Below are positions 27,269 to 35,809 of a DNA stretch of 52,437 nt, in pieces (position 1 is the stretch's first letter; each line of letters begins with the position of its first letter). The DNA is from Actinomycetota bacterium. GTDB taxonomy: Bacteria; Actinomycetota; UBA4738; HRBIN12. The notes under the pieces are model-generated. The model was not told the origin of the DNA and did not search any database. It was given only the letters and a program-made list of their open reading frames with translations. The DNA lies in assembly GCA_040004125.1 (NCBI GenBank), contig JBDUBL010000005.1:1-52437 (forward strand), in the 5' to 3' direction. A program made the translations under genes and the position numbers.

Positions 27269-28347
27269 CTCGACTGGCGGGTTCCCCCCGGCTCAATCAT
27301 GCTCGATCTCCCGGCGTTCCAAGCGTCCAGGATCCAACGACCCGCCCGATCTTCAAGCGCGAGCAGCGCCTCGGCGCCGAAGCGCACATCCCGATCCAGC
27401 GCGGGCTCGTCCTGCACCAACCTCCCGGCCACGTCCCGGGCCGCCAGCGCCGCGTGCGCCGCGTCGGCTTCGACATGCTCGTCGAAATAGGCGGTCGCAT
27501 CGGGTGTCGCCCCGAGGCGGCGAAGCCCGTCGCCGTAGCGCCGGTTCGGCACGCAAGAGGTCATCTCGAACGCGGCCAAATGCCCCATCGCAGCGCCACG
27601 GAGGCGCCGATGCAGTCCAAAAAGAGACATCAGGTTGACCGTCGCCAGCGTCGTGCCGGGCAGGCGGTCCACGTAGGCGCCGGGCGTCGCATCGAGACCC
27701 ATCGCGCGCAGCGATGCCACGAACAAGGAGGCGTGGACCCAGGCGGGGTCGCCGCCCCCGTACTCATCCGACTGGATCTCGACCAGCGCAGCCTTCGATG
27801 GTCCCCGAAGGCGGGGGATCACCCAGGTGTGCGGGTCCGCTTCTTTCAGGTTGTACGCGGAGCGATGCATCAGGAACTCCTCGGCCTGCGGACGCGTGGC
27901 GTCGCTCTCTAGGAAGGCTGCCAACGGCGCGCCACCCGGTCGGTTCGCGATCGTTCCCAGCGACCGCTCGATCCCGGCCTGCCGCAGGTCCGTCACCGGA
28001 ACCACCCGTCGAAGACCCAACTCGAACGCCTCTTCTAAGACCGCGCGGAACGCGAGTAGAGAGGGCTCCCATTCCCAGCGCTCGTCGACGCCGTGCACGC
28101 CCGTGTAGTGCAGCTCGTAGCACGCGTACAAGGCGAGATGCAGATCGTCGTCGCCAACCGAAACCTCCGGCGGAAGTGCTCGCGCCTGCGCCCGCGCGTG
28201 CGCGAGCTGGCCGGGCGAGACGAACGGCGTGCCGGTACGCGTCCAGGCGGCGACCAGTTCCGCGCTCAGCGGGCCACGGGGCGTCGGCATCGGCATCTTC
28301 TCGATCGAGGCGCGCATCTCGGGCTCTGCGGATCGCATGGTGAACAT
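27265..28347 (-). CDS. Iron-containing redox enzyme (heme-oxygenase-like fold)
   Basis: LYACYELHY, EADPH, DEYGGG...H, FEMTS, YFDEHVEADAAH; GGGTAT 10 nt upstream. Confidence 0.88.
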   Translation of the reverse strand: MFTMRSAEPEMRASIEKMPMPTPRGPLSAELVAAWTRTGTPFVSPGQLAHARAQARALPPEVSVGDDDLHLALYACYELHYTGVHGVDERWEWEPSLLAFRAVLEEAFELGLRRVVPVTDLRQAGIERSLGTIANRPGGAPLAAFLESDATRPQAEEFLMHRSAYNLKEADPHTWVIPRLRGPSKAALVEIQSDEYGGGDPAWVHASLFVASLRAMGLDATPGAYVDRLPGTTLATVNLMSLFGLHRRLRGAAMGHLAAFEMTSCVPNRRYGDGLRRLGATPDATAYFDEHVEADAAHAALAARDVAGRLVQDEPALDRDVRFGAEALLALEDRAGRWILDAWNAGRSSMIEPGGTRQSS

Positions 28348-28391
28348 AGGAGGCCGTATACCCGTGACGGTCCCCTCCTACGCGTGGCAGC

Positions 28392-28417
28392 GTTTGCTCG
28401 CGATTGCGCCGGGGTAC
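28392..28417 (+). promoter_or_regulatory. SigB/SigF-type promoter
   Basis: GTTT-N16-GGGTAC about 150 nt upstream of ATG 28566. Confidence 0.65.
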
Positions 28418-28565
28418 GGGCTCGGCCGAGGAGGATGCGAGCTCGCGGCCGACGACGATCCGGGGGGAGGGTCATCGGCCGCGGCTCCCCCTCCGGTCGA
28501 AAGGATTGAGCCGGCCACCGGTTGGGAAAGGATCCATCGTCGAAGACGGAACGGAAGGAGACACC

Positions 28566-28739
28566 ATGTGCATGTCATGCGGATGCGGAGAGCCGAACGA
28601 GCAGCATGGCAGCAGCGACCACATCACGCTCGAGCAGATGGAGCGCGCCGCGAAGGCCGCCGATATCGACGTTGAGACGGCTGCCGACAACATCCACGCT
28701 CTGGCGAAGCAACTGCGCGACGCCCGCTCCTCGGGCTGA
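28566..28739 (+). CDS. Small Cys/His metal-binding protein (MCMSCGC...)
   Basis: RBS AAGGAG; MCMSCGCGEPNEQHGSSDHIT, 57 aa. Confidence 0.8.
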   Translation: MCMSCGCGEPNEQHGSSDHITLEQMERAAKAADIDVETAADNIHALAKQLRDARSSG

Positions 28740-28800
28740 CGCGGCCTGTTTTCCTCATACGTCTATCCGCGAACCCAACACATCGAAGGAGGGAGCGAAC

Positions 28801-28875
28801 ATGGGCATCATCGTGACGATCGTCGTCGTGGCTGTGGCCATCGCCTTAGCGCTCTGGCTGCTGAACCGGGCATAG
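28801..28875 (+). CDS. 24-aa single-TM peptide
   Basis: RBS AAGGAGGGA; MGIIVTIVVVAVAIALALWLLNRA; followed by a terminator-like hairpin. Confidence 0.65.
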   Translation: MGIIVTIVVVAVAIALALWLLNRA

Positions 28876-28890
28876 ATAGCACGACTCGAG

Positions 28891-28926
28891 AACCCCCATC
28901 GGTCGATCTGCCCGAGTGGGGGTTTT
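28891..28926 (+). terminator. Probable intrinsic terminator
   Basis: AACCCCCA...TGGGGGTT arms with inner TCGG/CCGA and a T tract. Confidence 0.6.
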
Positions 28927-28996
28927 CGCTGCACGGCTTCGGCTAGCGGCCCAACGGCCTCCCGAGGCATACTCATCCGATCCGAGGGAGGTCACG

Positions 28997-29266
28997 ATGG
29001 GATGTCTGCTGATCCTGCTTACGGGGCTCGCGCCTCGTTTCGCCGCCGTCTTGTACTGGATCGTTCGGCCTGGGCGATGGGATGTCGCCTTCAACGGCTC
29101 GTGGCTGTGGCCGCTGCTCGGCGTGATCTTCCTGCCGATCACGACCATCGTTTGGGTGCTGGTCGCAACCGGAGGCGTGGCCTCCTTCGACTTCCTATGG
29201 CTCGGGATCGCGGTGTTCCTCGACATCGGCTCAACCGCGCGGTCGGCGGCGAAACGCAACGCCTGA
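28997..29266 (+). CDS. Small membrane protein
   Basis: RBS GGGAGG; MGCLL...PR, WPLLGVIFLPITT; about 3 TM. Confidence 0.78.
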   Translation: MGCLLILLTGLAPRFAAVLYWIVRPGRWDVAFNGSWLWPLLGVIFLPITTIVWVLVATGGVASFDFLWLGIAVFLDIGSTARSAAKRNA

Positions 29267-29938
29267 TCAGCCTTCGCGGAACCCAGCGTCTTCGTGGCTG
29301 CCATCGCAGAACGGCTTGTTGCCGGAGTGGCCACAACGACACAGCGTCGTGCGGTTGCGCACTTGATACGTCCTGCCATCGGCGGCCACGACCTGCACGC
29401 CGCCACGCAGCCATAGCGGCCCGTCGCGGATCACAACGACCGAAGGAGCGTAGTCGAGCTCGTCGCGCGCTTCGGCTCCGTCGGGCTGGGTCGCGAGCCG
29501 GCCGGACGGGCACAACATCGACATGTGGCGGATGCGCTCGGCGACCTCCGGGTCTGCAGCATCGGCGATCATCGCCCAGACGTTGCGGAAACGGTCGCCA
29601 CAGTATCCAGCTCGCGTGCACAGCGTGCGGTCGTCGAACATCGTGAGGCTCCCGCCCCGGTAGGGGTAGGCACGCTCCTCGATGGCGCCGGGGTCGGCCA
29701 CCTCGGCGCCATCGAAGGGCTCCCGTTCGTGCGTCGCGTCGCAGAACGGTTGGCGTGCCGAGCGCCCGCAGCGACAAAGCTCATACGGCGTCGTCGTCGT
29801 CTCGATGCGCGTGTCCGGCTCCCAATCGACCGGCTCCCCGTACTCCGTCTCGACCTGCGCGGTGCGAACCAGCGGCAGATCACCGACCACCCGATACGGA
29901 CCGTCTTGTGTCACTTCGACCCGCGGCTCCTCGGTCAT
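29267..29938 (-). CDS. Tandem CDGSH protein with central divergent ferredoxin-like domain
   Basis: LCRCGRSARQPFCDATH; CTRAGYC...CPSG; LCRCGHSGNKPFCDGSH; TAGGGT 6 nt before ATG. Confidence 0.9.
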   Translation of the reverse strand: MTEEPRVEVTQDGPYRVVGDLPLVRTAQVETEYGEPVDWEPDTRIETTTTPYELCRCGRSARQPFCDATHEREPFDGAEVADPGAIEERAYPYRGGSLTMFDDRTLCTRAGYCGDRFRNVWAMIADAADPEVAERIRHMSMLCPSGRLATQPDGAEARDELDYAPSVVVIRDGPLWLRGGVQVVAADGRTYQVRNRTTLCRCGHSGNKPFCDGSHEDAGFREG

Positions 29939-30048
29939 CGCAGCACCCTACGCCTTGGACGCTCGTACGGGCCAGCCGGGTAGCGCGAAAGGGTGCCGAA
30001 GGGGTACGGTGAGGCTGTCCGACGGCCCCCGACCCGGAGGTGTACCGA

Positions 30049-30495
30049 GTGAGTGTTCTCATGATCTTGCTGGGCCTGGCGCTCGGCGGCGTGCTCGCCG
30101 ACGCTCTGATCGAAAACGACGTCGCCACCGCGGCCACGCAGCCGTTCACCATGTTCGGCACGGTGTTCGAACTCTCGACGCCCGCGCTCATCGCGATCGC
30201 GTTCGGCCTGGGCGCGCTGGCCATCTTATTGGTGCTCGCCGGGGTGAGGCGGTTCCGTCGGGGCCGGCGTCGGCTGCTGCACCAGCGCATCGAAACCCTC
30301 CAGGACGAGAACGCGCGGCTCGCGGTCAAACGCAATCTCGAGACGGTGATCCGGGTCCCCGAGGCGACCCCGCTGGAGCCTCGCCAGCCCCTCGAGGCGG
30401 TCGACCCCATCGAGCCAGTCGAGCCGCGCGCGCCGGTGCCACCTCCCCCGCCCGAACCGGTCGCCGAGGAAGCCAAACCGGCCTCGAAGTGGTGA
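30049..30495 (+). CDS. Membrane protein, LapA-like topology with Pro/Glu tail
   Basis: Two TM, Arg-rich segment, coiled coil; GGAGG before GTG 30049. Confidence 0.68.
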   Translation: MSVLMILLGLALGGVLADALIENDVATAATQPFTMFGTVFELSTPALIAIAFGLGALAILLVLAGVRRFRRGRRRLLHQRIETLQDENARLAVKRNLETVIRVPEATPLEPRQPLEAVDPIEPVEPRAPVPPPPPEPVAEEAKPASKW

Positions 30496-30533
30496 GCGCT
30501 CCCGGCGTCAGACGCTGACGGTATCGTCCAGCG

Positions 30534-31352
30534 GTGGCGAAACTCAGCGCGGCGCAGCGGGCCAAACTCCCCGATCGGGCGTTCGCCTATATCGCGTCCG
30601 ACGGCCGGCGTTCCCTGCCGATCAACGACGAGGCCCATGTTCGAAACGCCCTGGCCCGGTTCGACCGTGTTCGATTCGAAAGCGATGCTGCGCGTGACCG
30701 GGCCAGACGCCGGCTGCTGAACGGCGCCAAGAAGTACGGGATCGTTCCGGTCGGGTTCGTCACGGGCCAGCTGCGCTCGGAACGACGCGGACCGGATATG
30801 TCCGGCCTGCCCACCGGAACGGTCACGTTCCTGCTCGCCGACATCGAGGGCTCCACGGCATTGCTGCATCGCCTCGGCGATGGCTATACCACTGTGCTCA
30901 AAGACGTGCGCGCCCTGATCCGCTCGTGCGCTCGCCGATCCGGCGGCCATAAGGTGGATGCGCACGGCGACGAGTACTTCGCGGTGTTCGCGCGGGCGGG
31001 CTCAGCAGCCGAGGCCGCGATCGAGATCCAGCGTTCCATGACGGCGCACGCCTGGCCCGATGGCGTCGACGTCCGGGTTCGGATCGGCGTGCACAGCGGC
31101 AGGCCCACGCTCACCGACGACGGCTACGTTGGCCTCTCGGTCCACACCGTCGCGCGGATCTGTTCCATCGGCCACGGCGGGCAGATCCTGTTGTCATCGC
31201 GAGCCAAGGATGCGCTGGCGGCGCGCCTGCCCGCGGGCGGGCGCGTGCGCGATCTCGGTGCGCATCGCCTCGCGGGCATCCCGTCCGTCGACTCGATCTA
31301 TCAGCTCGACGCCGCTGGTCTTGCCACGAGGTTCCCGGCGCTGCGGGGCTAG
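30534..31352 (+). CDS. Class III nucleotidyl cyclase with N-terminal DUF6582-like domain
   Basis: LPDRAFAY...HVRNALARF N-domain; TFLLADIEGST, GDE, RIGVHSG, HGGQILLS; TATCGT 6 nt before GTG. Confidence 0.85.
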   Translation: MAKLSAAQRAKLPDRAFAYIASDGRRSLPINDEAHVRNALARFDRVRFESDAARDRARRRLLNGAKKYGIVPVGFVTGQLRSERRGPDMSGLPTGTVTFLLADIEGSTALLHRLGDGYTTVLKDVRALIRSCARRSGGHKVDAHGDEYFAVFARAGSAAEAAIEIQRSMTAHAWPDGVDVRVRIGVHSGRPTLTDDGYVGLSVHTVARICSIGHGGQILLSSRAKDALAARLPAGGRVRDLGAHRLAGIPSVDSIYQLDAAGLATRFPALRG

Positions 31353-32365
31353 CCCGTGAACGGCACCAGCAGCTGACTGAAGGCCCACGTCGCCTGCGCG
31401 ATCCCCGAGCAGTCGTTGGCCGCCCGCCCGCCCGGGCACCCGCCGTTGTCCCGCTGGATCGCCCACATCGACAGCGACCGCATGCCCTTCGTTCGTGCGA
31501 AGTCGAGCAGCCGTTGCGCGTCCGCCAGCGTGGTGACCTCCGTACCGCCCGGGTAGTCGTCGACACCGTTCATGATCGTCGCTCCCTGCATCGCCCACAC
31601 TTGGGCCGAGGTCTTGGCAGGCAACAAGGCGGCGAGCTGTGCGTGCAACCCCTGTGACGCGGCGACGGCCGCGGCGCCCATGTCGGTCGTCACCTTGTCG
31701 TAGTAGTCGAACACCATTGGGTTGACGAGGTCGATCCGGACCCCGTTGGCTTTCGCGTTCTGCAAGACAGCCAGTCCGCTGGACTCGAGTCCGTCGGCCG
31801 AGGTCGGCAGGGTGTACTGCACCTCGACCGTGTGCCCGGTCGTTGCCGCCCATCGCTGCAGCAACGCGATCGCCTGATTGCGCCGGTCGATGCCCGCTGT
31901 GCGGGTGAGCGATCGGCCCTCGATGTCCATGTCGAGCCGGGTCACCCCGTAGGTGGTGACGACGCTCTCATAGGCGGCGGCGATCGACCGCACGTCGCGA
32001 CACGAATCGCCGATCTCGGTGCCGCCCTGATCGGCACTCCATCCACCGAACGACGGGATCACGTTGCCACCGATCGCACGCAGCGAGGCGATGTCGGCAA
32101 GGTACCGGCCGCTCGCGATCGTTTGGGATTTGACCCCGTTCCAGGCCAGCGTGCACGAGCGCTTGCTCGTCGTCTCGAGGAACGCCAGGGTGAAGTACCG
32201 GTCTCCCGACGCCTGCGCGAGCCCAGTGATCGTGTCGCTCGTCCACGTCTCGAAGTACGGCGCGAAGACGTGCGCCGGCAACGGTGCGGCGGCGGCGGGT
32301 CGTGCCGCGAGCAAGGTCGTCGCCACCGTCGCCAGCAGGAGGACTCGCGAGCCGAGGCGTCGCAT
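31349..32365 (-). CDS. Secreted GH18 chitinase-like glycoside hydrolase
   Basis: Signal peptide, FAPY, SFGG, LDMDIEG (DxDxE), SMWAIQRD. Confidence 0.88.
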   Translation of the reverse strand: MRRLGSRVLLLATVATTLLAARPAAAAPLPAHVFAPYFETWTSDTITGLAQASGDRYFTLAFLETTSKRSCTLAWNGVKSQTIASGRYLADIASLRAIGGNVIPSFGGWSADQGGTEIGDSCRDVRSIAAAYESVVTTYGVTRLDMDIEGRSLTRTAGIDRRNQAIALLQRWAATTGHTVEVQYTLPTSADGLESSGLAVLQNAKANGVRIDLVNPMVFDYYDKVTTDMGAAAVAASQGLHAQLAALLPAKTSAQVWAMQGATIMNGVDDYPGGTEVTTLADAQRLLDFARTKGMRSLSMWAIQRDNGGCPGGRAANDCSGIAQATWAFSQLLVPFTG

Positions 32366-32380
32366 CGAGGATCCTTTCCG

Positions 32381-32779
32381 TCAGTCGCCACGGAGGCGAT
32401 GCGCGAGTGAGCCGAGCAGCGCCCACGCCGCTCGCGGCTCATCGGCCAGGAGCTTTCTGAGCTCATCACGATGCAGGGCCAGGCACGTCGTCGGGGATAC
32501 CGTCAACACGGTCGCCGTGCGCGGGCGAGCATCGAACACCGACACCTCGCCGAACACCTGGCCGGCGAACAAGCGCCCCGCCGTGCGCCCGTTGCGCACC
32601 ACCCTCGCCTCGCCCTCGAGCATGACGAACATCGTCTCGCCCGCATCGCCTTGGCGCACGATCGCGTGCCCCGCTTCGTAGTCGAAGACCCGCATCCCAC
32701 GCAGCAGCTTGCGCCGCTGTCGCTTGGACAGGGCTGCGAACAACGGGATCGCGTCGAGCACTTCCATCTTGTTCGCCAT
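32381..32779 (-). CDS. Stand-alone cyclic nucleotide-binding protein
   Basis: IPLF, QGDAG, FGEVSV...PRTATV; no HTH; RBS GGAGGAG. Confidence 0.9.
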   Translation of the reverse strand: MANKMEVLDAIPLFAALSKRQRRKLLRGMRVFDYEAGHAIVRQGDAGETMFVMLEGEARVVRNGRTAGRLFAGQVFGEVSVFDARPRTATVLTVSPTTCLALHRDELRKLLADEPRAAWALLGSLAHRLRGD

Positions 32780-32854
32780 AACGCTCCTCCCGCGTCGCCG
32801 AGGGCGCGCTGGCAACGCTACCCCAAGAGGTTGCCGCAGGTCGAGCCGACGGCT

Positions 32855-33841
32855 TCAGCTGCGGGACGCGACCAGCAGCGAGGCGATCGCTTCGGCGTTG
32901 CCGAGTGCCTCGTCGATCGCGAGATGGCGCGGCTCCTCGAGGCCACGCAGCACCCCGTGGATGTGGCGGATCGCGGAGGTGAAGGAGCGCTCCCCGCCCG
33001 CAACGGCGGGTTCGGACCCGACGATCGCCCCGTCGCTCCACAGCTCGAGCCGGTCATCCGCATCGGGGTGAAACGGGTTCGTCATGCGGATCTCACCCTC
33101 GGTGCCCAGCACGCGGGTCAGCGTGTCCTCGTTGCTGCGGAACCCGCACGACAGCACGAGCCGGCGCTGCTCGGAAAACGTTAACGCACCCCAAAGCTCG
33201 ATGTCGACGTCGCCGGCCCAAACCGCCTCGGCGATCGTACGGCCGAGGTCGGGCTCATCGTCGAACAGCAGCCGCGCGAGCCGGATCGGATAGCAGCCGA
33301 CGTCCTGGGTCGAGCCGCCAGCCAGCGATGCGAGCATCCGCACATCTGCTGGGTCGTCCAACCGGAAGTGGAACCGCGACCACACCTCCCGCACATCTCC
33401 GATCGCTCCATCGGCCAGGAGGCCGCGGACGCGCTCCATCTGTTGGTGAAACGGGAAGACGAATGCCTCCCACAGCGGCCCGGGTGCGTCGGCGGCCGCC
33501 GACAAGACCTTCCGAGTCTCATCCGAGGTCGCGCACAGCGGCTTCTCGCAGAACACGGCCTTGCCGGCCGCGAGCGCCGCGATCGTCCACTCGGCGTGCA
33601 GCCCGTTGGGCAACGGGACGTACACGACCTCGATCGCCGGATCGTCCAGCACGGCGCGGTACCCCTCGATGCCGGCGCGGACGTCGTGCGCGGCCGCCCA
33701 CCGAGCCGCATGGGCGCCGTCGCGGCTACCCACCACGAGCGCGTCGCCCCCGCCGGCCTCGGCGAGCGCGGGCAGGAATGCGCTCTCGGCGATCCCCGCG
33801 GTCCCGAGGATCCCCCACCGCACCGGTTCGACCGTGTTCAC
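32855..33841 (-). CDS. Gfo/Idh/MocA family oxidoreductase
   Basis: WGILGTAGIA, YVPLPNGLH, CEKP, DVGCY; TAGGTT 6 nt before GTG. Confidence 0.92.
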   Translation of the reverse strand: MNTVEPVRWGILGTAGIAESAFLPALAEAGGGDALVVGSRDGAHAARWAAAHDVRAGIEGYRAVLDDPAIEVVYVPLPNGLHAEWTIAALAAGKAVFCEKPLCATSDETRKVLSAAADAPGPLWEAFVFPFHQQMERVRGLLADGAIGDVREVWSRFHFRLDDPADVRMLASLAGGSTQDVGCYPIRLARLLFDDEPDLGRTIAEAVWAGDVDIELWGALTFSEQRRLVLSCGFRSNEDTLTRVLGTEGEIRMTNPFHPDADDRLELWSDGAIVGSEPAVAGGERSFTSAIRHIHGVLRGLEEPRHLAIDEALGNAEAIASLLVASRS

Positions 33842-33903
33842 GGGGCGAACCTATCGCGGGTGGCCGATCCGCGCTCCAGTTGCTACCGTCATGGCCCCCC
33901 TAT

Positions 33904-34743
33904 ATGAAGGTCATCCGCCTCTTCTTCGCCGCCTGCGTCAGCCTGGCGCTCCTGGTGCCGATCACCTCGGCAACCGAGGCCGCGTCGCGCGCAACGCGCG
34001 CCCGGCGCCCGCCGGTCGTGTTGATCGTGCTGGAGAATCACGAGTACGGCTCGATCGTGGGCTCGCCCTCGGCCCAGTGGCTGAACCACACCTTCTTCAA
34101 GCGGGGCACGCTGTTCACCCGCTACCACGCGACCCATCACCCTTCCCTTCCGAACTATCTCGCCATGACTTCCGGCACGACGAATGGCTGCAGCAGCGAC
34201 GAGTGCCCTCGCAAGCACTACACGACGAACAACATCTTCCATCAGCTCTTGACCGCCGGGATCGGATGGGCTGCGTGGATGGAATCGATGCCGTCGCGGT
34301 GCGCGCTCAGCCCGACCAGTCTCTACGCCGTGAAGCACAACCCACCCGCGTACTACCGCGACCTGTTCCCGAACGCCTGCCGGACCAGGGACCGCCCGTA
34401 TCCCCGGAAGCTACCGAGGCGGCTGCATCCGTTCACGTTCATCACCCCGAACGTCTGTCACGACATGCACGACTGTTCGGTGGCCACCGGCGACCGGTGG
34501 TTGCACCGGCACGTGCCCCAGCTGCTGCGCCGCGGGGCGGTCGTGATCATCACCACCGACGAGGGCTCCAGCAGCATCGGCGGCGGCGGTCACGTGATGA
34601 CGGCGATCGCCGGGCCCCATGTGCGCCGCGGCGTGCACAACCATCGGCGCTTCAATCATTTTGGGCTGCTCGCGGGCCTCGAGCGTTGGTTCGGCGTAGC
34701 CCGGTTGCATCGCGCGACCGGCGCCCGCCCGCTCCCCATCTGA
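33904..34743 (+). CDS. Secreted phosphoesterase (acid phosphatase/PLC, SapM-like)
   Basis: Signal peptide; IVLENH, HPSLPNY, KHNP, HDMHD, TTDE. Confidence 0.88.
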   Translation: MKVIRLFFAACVSLALLVPITSATEAASRATRARRPPVVLIVLENHEYGSIVGSPSAQWLNHTFFKRGTLFTRYHATHHPSLPNYLAMTSGTTNGCSSDECPRKHYTTNNIFHQLLTAGIGWAAWMESMPSRCALSPTSLYAVKHNPPAYYRDLFPNACRTRDRPYPRKLPRRLHPFTFITPNVCHDMHDCSVATGDRWLHRHVPQLLRRGAVVIITTDEGSSSIGGGGHVMTAIAGPHVRRGVHNHRRFNHFGLLAGLERWFGVARLHRATGARPLPI

Positions 34744-34807
34744 ACCGCCGGACGGGCGTTGCCGATCGACCGGCGTAGGCTGGTGGCAAGCGAACGGGAG
34801 GTGCGTG

Positions 34808-35149
34808 ATGGCAGACGAGGCCAAACAAGCGTGGAACGAGGTCGGGAATCGATTCTCGTCGGTGGGCAAACGGCTGGCGGACCGCTACCAGGCGAGCGGC
34901 GCCCGAGATGACGCCACCTCGAAGGAGACCCAGCGCAAGATCGAGGAAGTCGCCCGCGAGATCGGCAATCAGCTCGATCGCGCCTTCGACGCGCTCGACG
35001 AGACGGTGCGTGACCCCGAGACGCGCAGCGATCTCAAGATCGCGTTCGGCACACTCGGCAACGCGATCTCGGCGTCCGTGAACGAGGCCACCGAAGCGCT
35101 CAAGAACCGCGGCGACACGACCGAGCCACCACGACCCAACGCCGGATGA
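34808..35149 (+). CDS. Hypothetical amphipathic-helix protein
   Basis: GGGAGG RBS; helical charged sequence; ATGA coupling to the next gene. Confidence 0.72.
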   Translation: MADEAKQAWNEVGNRFSSVGKRLADRYQASGARDDATSKETQRKIEEVAREIGNQLDRAFDALDETVRDPETRSDLKIAFGTLGNAISASVNEATEALKNRGDTTEPPRPNAG

Positions 35150-35787
35150 GCACGGAGACACCCCGGAGCCCGTTCGACATGGGCGCCGGGCGGCTCGAGG
35201 CGTTCAGCGACGCGGTGATGGCGGTCATCATCACCCTCCTCGCGTTCGAATTGAGTCCACCCGCGGATGTCACGGGGGAGGCGATCCGTGCGTCGCTGCC
35301 GGGACTGTTCATCTACGTGCTGAGCTTTCTCTTCGTCGCGATCTACTGGAACAACCACCATCATCTGCTCCGAGCGAGCGATCGCATCAGCGCGGGGGTG
35401 ATGTGGGCGAACATGCTCCTGTTGTTCTGCCTCTCGCTGATCCCGGTCTCGGCCGAGTGGCTGGGCAACGCCTACAAAGGGGAGAACGCCGATCCCACGA
35501 GTCCGGCCGCGTTCTTCGGGATCGTCGGGCTCGCGGCGGCCTTGGCCTACACTTGGCTCGTGCGGGCGCTGATCCGGGCGAACGGACGCGACTCGGCGTT
35601 CGCCCGGGCGATCCATGCGGACTTCAAAGGCAACGTGTCGCTCGGGCTTTACGCGGCTGGCGTCGCTCTGGCGTCGGTCAGCGCGTATCTGGCCTATGCG
35701 TGCTACGCCGCAGTGTCCGTGATCTGGTTGATCCCCGATCGCCGATTCACGCACATCCACGCCGACGACGGCACGCACGAGACGTAG
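35146..35787 (+). CDS. TMEM175 family potassium channel
   Basis: RLEAFSDAVMAVIITL, YWNNHHH, about 6 TM. Confidence 0.9.
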   Translation: MSTETPRSPFDMGAGRLEAFSDAVMAVIITLLAFELSPPADVTGEAIRASLPGLFIYVLSFLFVAIYWNNHHHLLRASDRISAGVMWANMLLLFCLSLIPVSAEWLGNAYKGENADPTSPAAFFGIVGLAAALAYTWLVRALIRANGRDSAFARAIHADFKGNVSLGLYAAGVALASVSAYLAYACYAAVSVIWLIPDRRFTHIHADDGTHET

Positions 35788-35809
35788 GGACACTCGTGCG
35801 CCGGGTCGC

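Noticed and set aside
28435-28509. 24-aa Arg/Gly-rich leader ORF after GAGGAGG
   Set aside because: The SD abuts the ATG with no spacing and the composition is typical of spurious frames
7782-30495. Mobile genomic island or prophage
   Set aside because: No integrase, transposase, tRNA anchor or flanking direct repeats seen; island is used only in the functional sense
30534-32779. Pycsar or CBASS antiphage system
   Set aside because: Cyclase and cNMP protein are on opposite strands, separated by a chitinase, and the receptor has no TIR or TM effector
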